From assembly GCA_017635465.1 (NCBI GenBank), contig JAGBLL010000110.1:4908-68907 (forward strand): a stretch of DNA of 64,000 nt, in the 5' to 3' direction. This DNA is from Bacilli bacterium. Its GTDB lineage: Bacteria; Bacillota_I; Bacilli_A; RFN20; CAG-826. A model generated the notes under the pieces. The model was not told the DNA's origin. It searched no databases and saw only the letters and a list, made by a program, of their open reading frames with translations. Position 1 is the stretch's first letter; each line of letters starts with the position of its first letter. Below, one piece after another: positions 58,569 to 64,000 of the stretch. Both the position numbers and the translations under genes were made by a program.

Positions 58569-59933
58569 ATGTTTTTTTCTAGAGAAAAAGAAATAACAGC
58601 GTTATCAAATCTATTAAAAAAACCTGGTCATGCAGCTTTAATTTACGGCAAAAGACGTGTTGGTAAAACAGAGTTGATAAAGCATATATCCACCAATCAT
58701 AATCTCCTTTACTATGAATGTATCAAAGACACTTTAAAAGAAAATGTCAGACTTTTTGTTAATGAATGTAAAAGAAATGGCATCAATATACCTGAATACG
58801 CCAATTTCTCATCTTTTATTGAAGTATTTGACTACTTAAATTCTTTGGATAAGCACTTTTTAGTAGCGATAGATGAATATCAATATTTAAAAGAATTGAA
58901 CTCAACCAGTGTAGTTGATTCAATGTTTCAAACTATTATCGACCGATATATTAGCAACCTTAATCTTATTATTTCTGGCTCCGCTATCAGCATGATGAAA
59001 GACTTACTAGTGGAAGGTAATCCTTTATATGGAAGATTTAGTCTAACAATTAATCTTCCTGAGCTTAATTATTGTGAAGTTTCACAGTTTTATGAAGACT
59101 TATCTATCCGCGATAAAGTGGCATTTTATGCTGTTTTTGGAGGATCTCCTTTTATTAATAAGCAAATAGAACCAAAGCTTACATTGAAAGAAAATATCAT
59201 TAATACATTTTTAAAAGAAGGCAGTGGTATATATAATTACGCTGATAATGTTTTAATTAGTGATGCTGTTAATGAGTTACAAGCGAGGAGACTTTTATTA
59301 GCCCTTAGTAATTCAAAAAAGAAGTATTCTGAATTATTGGCCATCCTTGATAAAGAAAAAAGTGGCGTTTTTAATCGTTCACTGAAGTCTTTGCAAGATA
59401 TTGAAATAGTGAAAAAGAATTCACCAATTAATAAAACAGATGATCCGAAGAAAACTTCATATGAAATCGCTGATAATGTTATTAGGTTTTATTATACATA
59501 CGTTTATAAAAACAAGAGTCGTTTAGCCATTCTTGGCCCGACTTTATTCTATGAAGAATATATTGAACCAACAATCAACAATTATGTTTCATATCGTTTT
59601 GAAAGTTTAGTGAGAGACTATTTCTCGTTAAAAGCTAAAAATGGTTCGTTAAAGGGCATCAGAAATATCGGAACGTATTATTACGATGATCAACATAATA
59701 AAACAAATGGAGAATTTGATGTCGCTTTAGATATTAAAGATGGATATGCGATTTATGAAGTTAAATATCTAAAAACTCCTTTGACCAAGCAACAAATATT
59801 GGAAGAAGTTAAGCAAATAAAACAAATTGAAGAAATAAATGTTCTAAAAATAGGGTTTATATCCATTAGTGGTTTCAAAGAACCTGTTAGTGGATATGAA
59901 TTAATAAATGGAGAAGATTTATATTCTTTCTAG
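58569..59933 (+). CDS. AAA+ ATPase of the Arch_ATPase/DUF234 type
   Basis: Walker A GKRRVGKT and Walker B LVAIDEYQ. C-terminal ~100 aa of DUF234-like size. 454 aa. Confidence 0.75.
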   Translation: MFFSREKEITALSNLLKKPGHAALIYGKRRVGKTELIKHISTNHNLLYYECIKDTLKENVRLFVNECKRNGINIPEYANFSSFIEVFDYLNSLDKHFLVAIDEYQYLKELNSTSVVDSMFQTIIDRYISNLNLIISGSAISMMKDLLVEGNPLYGRFSLTINLPELNYCEVSQFYEDLSIRDKVAFYAVFGGSPFINKQIEPKLTLKENIINTFLKEGSGIYNYADNVLISDAVNELQARRLLLALSNSKKKYSELLAILDKEKSGVFNRSLKSLQDIEIVKKNSPINKTDDPKKTSYEIADNVIRFYYTYVYKNKSRLAILGPTLFYEEYIEPTINNYVSYRFESLVRDYFSLKAKNGSLKGIRNIGTYYYDDQHNKTNGEFDVALDIKDGYAIYEVKYLKTPLTKQQILEEVKQIKQIEEINVLKIGFISISGFKEPVSGYELINGEDLYSF

Positions 59934-59990
59934 ATATTTTGGATTTGTTTCCAATTAGATTTGAGACCTGAGGTAATTCCTTGGGTTTTT
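59930..59990 (-). repeat. diverged duplicate (relic) of the glyA 3' end
   Basis: By hand alignment about 44/56 nt are identical to 60706-60761, including an 18-nt perfect core atttgtttccaattagat. The minus-strand reading ..SGLKSNWKQIQNI* compares with the glyA C-terminus ..[13 protein letters not shown]. Confidence 0.7.
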
Positions 59991-60065
59991 ATTTTAAAAA
60001 TTTAACAACGTATTAACAACAGCAATACAAAACGATATAATTATAATAGAAGAAAGGAGCAAGAC

Positions 60066-60368
60066 ATGGCTATTAAAAGCGCAAATGTTATGGCGCGTGT
60101 TGAACCAGACATCAAAACAAAAGCGGAAGCAATCATGGCAAATTTGGGAGTTCCTGCCTCGGTTGTCATCAATGCATTGTATCACCAGATTATTTATAAT
60201 AATGGACTACCTTTTCCGCTTACTCTTCCAACTAGAGTCCCATCTATTGAAGATATGAGTGAGGAAGACTTTGATGAAATGCTTAAGTCTGCTTTAGAGC
60301 GCGCCGAGAAAGGCGAAGGCAAATCTTTAAAAGATACTTTCGACGCTATTCGCGGTAATAACAAATAA
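60066..60368 (+). CDS. type II antitoxin, RelB/DinJ family
   Basis: Ribbon-helix-helix N-terminus (NVMARVEPDIKTKAEAIMANLGVPASVVINALY). 100 aa. Confidence 0.85.
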   Translation: MAIKSANVMARVEPDIKTKAEAIMANLGVPASVVINALYHQIIYNNGLPFPLTLPTRVPSIEDMSEEDFDEMLKSALERAEKGEGKSLKDTFDAIRGNNK

Positions 60369-60697
60369 TGAAAAAATATAATATCATCATTGATCCTGTC
60401 GCAGAAAAACAAACAAAAGAAACATTTGATTACATCGCAGCTCAATTAGGTGATAGGCAAGCAGCATATGCTTTTCTTGATATGATTGAAAGTTCTTTAC
60501 AAACTTTGGAATTATTTCCTGAGTCCCATCCGCTGGTTGAAAGGGAACCATGGCATAGTATGGGTGTGAGGAAAATGACAATCAAATCATTCATTGTTTA
60601 TTATCGCCCTTATATTGAAAGAAGTGCCGTATATGTACTAGCTATTATATATGGTAGGAGAGATCAACTTAGACAATTGAACGAGTTGATTTTCTAA
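60368..60697 (+). CDS. type II toxin, RelE/ParE family
   Basis: 109 aa. ATAATG coupling to the antitoxin. Paralogous in pattern to the toxin at 25936 (..LFPESHPLV.., YVLAIIYGRRD). Confidence 0.85.
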   Translation: MKKYNIIIDPVAEKQTKETFDYIAAQLGDRQAAYAFLDMIESSLQTLELFPESHPLVEREPWHSMGVRKMTIKSFIVYYRPYIERSAVYVLAIIYGRRDQLRQLNELIF

Positions 60698-60705
60698 ACA
60701 AATAA

Positions 60706-61914
60706 TTAAATATCTTGTATTTGTTTCCAATTAGATGTGAGGCCTAAGACAAGTTCTTTGGCCTTTTCTTTGTCTAATTTATTACTTAAGTAATCATTAA
60801 TAATGATAGCGACTTGTTCGGCTTGTTCTTTAGTGCATCCTCTAGTGGTTACTGCCGCAAAACCAATACGTAAGCCACTTGTTTTACCTGGAGATAAAGT
60901 ATCATTAGGAATCATATTCTTATTCGTGGTAATACCGATTTCTTCTAAAGCAATTTGGGCTTCTTTACCGTTAATACCATATGTATCTAAAACATTAATT
61001 AAGAATAAATGATTATCAGTCCCTGATACTTTCGCCCCTAATTCTTTAAATTTATCCGCGCATGCTTTAGTGTTAATCATTAATTGTTTAACATATTGTT
61101 TAAATTCATCACTCATCGCTTCTTTAAAGCAAATAGCTTTACCAGCGATAATATGCTCTAATGGTCCACCTTGATAATAAGGGAATATCGCAGAATTAAT
61201 TTTTTTAATTAATTCTTCATTATTAGTTAATATAAGACCACCTCTAGGACCTCTTAATGTCTTATGAGTGGTGCTTGTTACGACATCAGCGTAAGGAATA
61301 GGGGAAGAGTGTAAACCTGTTGCCACTAAACCTGCAATATGCGCCATATCAACCATAAAATAGGCACCTACTTTATTAGCGATATCTTTAAATCTTTTAA
61401 AATCAATAGTGTAAGGATAAGCACTATAACCCGCTAAAATTAAATTTGGCTTTTCTTCGATAGCAATTCTTTCAATTTCATCATAGTCAAGATGACCGTT
61501 CTTTAATGGGTAGTGGACAAAGTTATAAAGGTGAGAAGAGAAAGAAACAGGAGAGCCATGAGTCAAATGTCCTCCATCATTGAGCACTAAAGAAAGGATC
61601 TTACCACCTTCTGGTAATAACGCTCTATAAGCAGCAGCGTTAGCTTGTGAACCACTATGTGGTTGCACATTAGCGAACTTGCAGTTAAATAATTTACATG
61701 CTCTTTCGATTGCTAAATTTTCAACTGCATCAACATATTCACAACCCCCATAATATCTATGCCCAGGGAAACCTTCTGCATATTTATTAGTGAGAATTGA
61801 TCCACACGCTTCTCTAACATCTTTACTGGTGTAGTTTTCACTAGCGATTAGCTCAATACCTTTATTTTGTCTTTCTTGTTCTAGAAGAATAAGTTTATTT
61901 AATTCTTTATCCAT
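60706..61914 (-). CDS. glyA: serine hydroxymethyltransferase
   Basis: [15 protein letters not shown]-lysine motif. Start set at the internal ATG (61912-61914, MDKELNK...) with an SD upstream. The longer ORF would overlap hipA. Confidence 0.95.
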   Translation of the reverse strand: MDKELNKLILLEQERQNKGIELIASENYTSKDVREACGSILTNKYAEGFPGHRYYGGCEYVDAVENLAIERACKLFNCKFANVQPHSGSQANAAAYRALLPEGGKILSLVLNDGGHLTHGSPVSFSSHLYNFVHYPLKNGHLDYDEIERIAIEEKPNLILAGYSAYPYTIDFKRFKDIANKVGAYFMVDMAHIAGLVATGLHSSPIPYADVVTSTTHKTLRGPRGGLILTNNEELIKKINSAIFPYYQGGPLEHIIAGKAICFKEAMSDEFKQYVKQLMINTKACADKFKELGAKVSGTDNHLFLINVLDTYGINGKEAQIALEEIGITTNKNMIPNDTLSPGKTSGLRIGFAAVTTRGCTKEQAEQVAIIINDYLSNKLDKEKAKELVLGLTSNWKQIQDI

Positions 61915-61945
61915 ATTTGTCACCTTTGTCTCATAATAGCAAAAT

Positions 61946-63142
61946 CTAGTCCACAATAATTGTTTTTTCAATGATTTTAGTTAATTCTTTTGCGACATTC
62001 AGCTCTTTACATTTATCAACTAGACATGTTTTAGCATTTTGCTTTATTTGATTGATTATTTCGTTTGCTTTTTCTTTATTTAGTCTAAAGGAAGAACAGT
62101 TATCGATTAGGTTCTCTAGAGAAGCTGGGTTTCCATCTACTGTTAGTGAGTGGGCTCCTGAATATAGAGAAATATTGATATCAAAGCATGGAGATAACTG
62201 CCACTTGCTATCTTTTAAAAGCATCCCATGATTTCTTAAATGATTATCATAATTATGGAAGATAATTGAAAAAGCAATTCGTCTAAATAATTGTTCTAAA
62301 TCTTTTTGAGGTTGGTCACTTATTTTAAGAATAGTTTCTGCTACTTCTAGATATGAGTGATTATTAGAATCGCCTTCATCAGCATTTAAAAGTGTCATAA
62401 AGGATAAGTAGTGATACCTTTGATTCTTATTTCTATCAAATCTTTTTGTTAAAAAAACACTTCTCTTTTTATCTATTGGTATCAATTTACTTTCCGACAT
62501 TTCGATTCCTGATTTAATGGCTAGATAGTACGTAAGATATTCAATTTTAGAAACGTCATAATCATCGTTTTTATGATTAAATTTAGCTAGATAATAGTTT
62601 CCATCAGCATCATAAAAAGTAGCTTTAGGTCTTGCTCCTCCTAACGATGATCCTGGTGATAATAATAGTTTCCAATCTTCTTTTAAATCAAATTCGTTAT
62701 AGTGAAACGCTACGTTTTCAAATTCATTTAAAAACTTCAAAGGAGGAACGCTATTATCATCTTTTAAAAACTGGCCATTAATATCATTTAATTTGTATCG
62801 TAGTGCTCCCATTCTTGTGATGTCCGATACTGATAGTAAATAATCTGAAAAAAAGAGATTTTTATTTCCAGCGTTACGTTTTATAAGATTACGGCCCCAT
62901 CTGTCTGGGGAAGAATCTTCTAAAAAGCGATAAGGTTTTGTAGAATCTATTTTAAACTGTCTACCTCTAGTGAACGCTATTTCTTCATCGATAAGATATT
63001 TTGAATAATTGTTTAACAATGCTTCTTCGCTATATTCAAAAGAATAAGTCTCTTTACCTTTGATGTTATCAACAAAAACAGTACCTAGAAGAGCATCTGT
63101 ATTATTATTTAAGGATATATAAATAAATATTTTCTTTTCCAT
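61946..63142 (-). CDS. hipA: HipA-family serine/threonine kinase toxin
   Basis: HipA_N coupling region (GS.LGGARPK) and catalytic loop DNHLRNHG. 398 aa. Confidence 0.85.
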   Translation of the reverse strand: MEKKIFIYISLNNNTDALLGTVFVDNIKGKETYSFEYSEEALLNNYSKYLIDEEIAFTRGRQFKIDSTKPYRFLEDSSPDRWGRNLIKRNAGNKNLFFSDYLLSVSDITRMGALRYKLNDINGQFLKDDNSVPPLKFLNEFENVAFHYNEFDLKEDWKLLLSPGSSLGGARPKATFYDADGNYYLAKFNHKNDDYDVSKIEYLTYYLAIKSGIEMSESKLIPIDKKRSVFLTKRFDRNKNQRYHYLSFMTLLNADEGDSNNHSYLEVAETILKISDQPQKDLEQLFRRIAFSIIFHNYDNHLRNHGMLLKDSKWQLSPCFDINISLYSGAHSLTVDGNPASLENLIDNCSSFRLNKEKANEIINQIKQNAKTCLVDKCKELNVAKELTKIIEKTIIVD

Positions 63143-63450
63143 TATTTAATCCTTTTTTTAACTTTCAATTTAAGGTCTTGGAATAGGCGACCTGTTTCAT
63201 CGTCTTTAGCAATTAAAGTCAGATCTTTATCCATGCCTCCTAAAGCATGCAAGACAGCAGCGTACGCTCCAATAGAAACGGTTGGTGAACCTTTTTCAAT
63301 TTGCCATAATGTCGCTCTTGAAACATCAGCGCGTTCGCATACTAAAGAAGCAGATAATTCTCTTCTTAATCTTGCTAATTTTATCTGTTCACCCATTGTT
63401 TTAAGATTATTTAGCATATTGGGATACATTTGATTTGTTTTCTTAGCCAT
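63142..63450 (-). CDS. XRE-family HTH antitoxin (HipB-like)
   Basis: 102 aa with an HTH_3 pattern. Its stop overlaps the hipA start (ATGA-type coupling). Confidence 0.78.
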   Translation of the reverse strand: MAKKTNQMYPNMLNNLKTMGEQIKLARLRRELSASLVCERADVSRATLWQIEKGSPTVSIGAYAAVLHALGGMDKDLTLIAKDDETGRLFQDLKLKVKKRIK

Positions 63451-63613
63451 GATAAAGTCCTTATGTTTTATATATTAAACAAAATCAAGGTATATGTCAA
63501 TTTTATAAAATGTTATCTGATTATAGATTTTGAAATAATTTATTTATGTTTTGATAGATAAAAACACTTTTAAATAGTATCTAATTTTTTAAAATAATTA
63601 ATGGACATTAGTA

Positions 63614-64000
63614 CTATAAATTTACATTTGCAGTTTTCAAGAATTCTTTAGTTCTTTTTTCTTTTGGATGAGTAAAGAATGATTTGCTATCGCCACTTTC
63701 AACAATATAGCCATCTTCCATAAATATGACCTTATTAGCGACATTTCTAGCAAAGTTCATTTCATGAGTGACCACAATCATGGTTCTACCTTCGTTAGCA
63801 AGTTTCTTCATAACTTCTAATACTTCGTTAACCATTTCTGGATCTAAAGCGGAAGTCGGTTCATCAAATAAGATAATCTCTGGATCAAGACATAACGCTC
63901 TTGCGATAGCGACACGTTGTTTTTGTCCACCCGAAAGAGCCTTAGGGCGATAATTCATTCTATCTTGCATATTAACTTTGCTTAATTCTTCAATCGCTCT
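63614..64000 (-). CDS. amino-acid ABC transporter ATP-binding protein (GlnQ/ArtP-like), N-terminus outside window
   Basis: [15 protein letters not shown] signature and [13 protein letters not shown] Walker B. The frame stays open to the window edge. Confidence 0.85.
   Translation of the reverse strand, partial: RAIEELSKVNMQDRMNYRPKALSGGQKQRVAIARALCLDPEIILFDEPTSALDPEMVNEVLEVMKKLANEGRTMIVVTHEMNFARNVANKVIFMEDGYIVESGDSKSFFTHPKEKRTKEFLKTANVNL

Overview
This is a low-GC (AT-rich) bacterial chromosome segment using the standard genetic code: TGA acts as a stop (for example the pcrA stop at 18449-18451) and Trp is TGG. Gene content and the pervasive lipoprotein anchoring of secreted enzymes suggest a Firmicutes/Mollicutes-related organism (Acholeplasma- or Erysipelotrichia-like); that placement is inference only. 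All family calls were made by eye from motifs. No searches were run.

Layout:
- 1-24.6 kb: mostly housekeeping. An uncharacterised ABC importer, degV, ung, a TPP-riboswitch-controlled ThiT, tsaE-tsaB-rimI-tsaD, asnS, pcrA-ligA-gatCAB-galE.
- 24.6-24.9 kb: tRNA-Arg(CCU) and tRNA-Ala(GGC).
- 24.9-39.0 kb: an accessory block directly 3' of the tRNAs. It holds a Phd/ParE TA pair and an orphan Nif11-type double-glycine leader peptide with a Zn-ribbon-like core. These are followed by an ECF-like sigma factor with a large membrane partner, an Sfp-type PPTase, a 2405-aa C-A-T-C-A-T-R NRPS, and a MATE exporter fused to a SpoIIAB/RsbW-like GHKL ATPase domain.
- 39.3-48.6 kb: a beta-glucan utilisation locus made entirely of lipoproteins or membrane-anchored proteins (GH16, GH5, a domain-permuted and frameshifted GH3, two large Ig/repeat lipoproteins).
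- 48.7-54.3 kb: a GGDEF protein, a hydrolase and feoA-feoA-feoB-Cys-rich peptide, with paired palindromic operators.
- 54.3-64 kb: a TA-dense region (HepT/HTH-MNT, RelB/ParE, HipBA) with a DUF234-type ATPase, interleaved with tRNA-Gln, nfu, an acyltransferase and glyA.

The best candidate for a new system is the sigma / membrane-partner / PPTase / reductase-terminated NRPS / MATE-GHKL fusion cluster, together with the adjacent leader peptide. A clear sequence-level oddity is a diverged duplicate of the glyA 3' end bracketing the relB/parE cassette.
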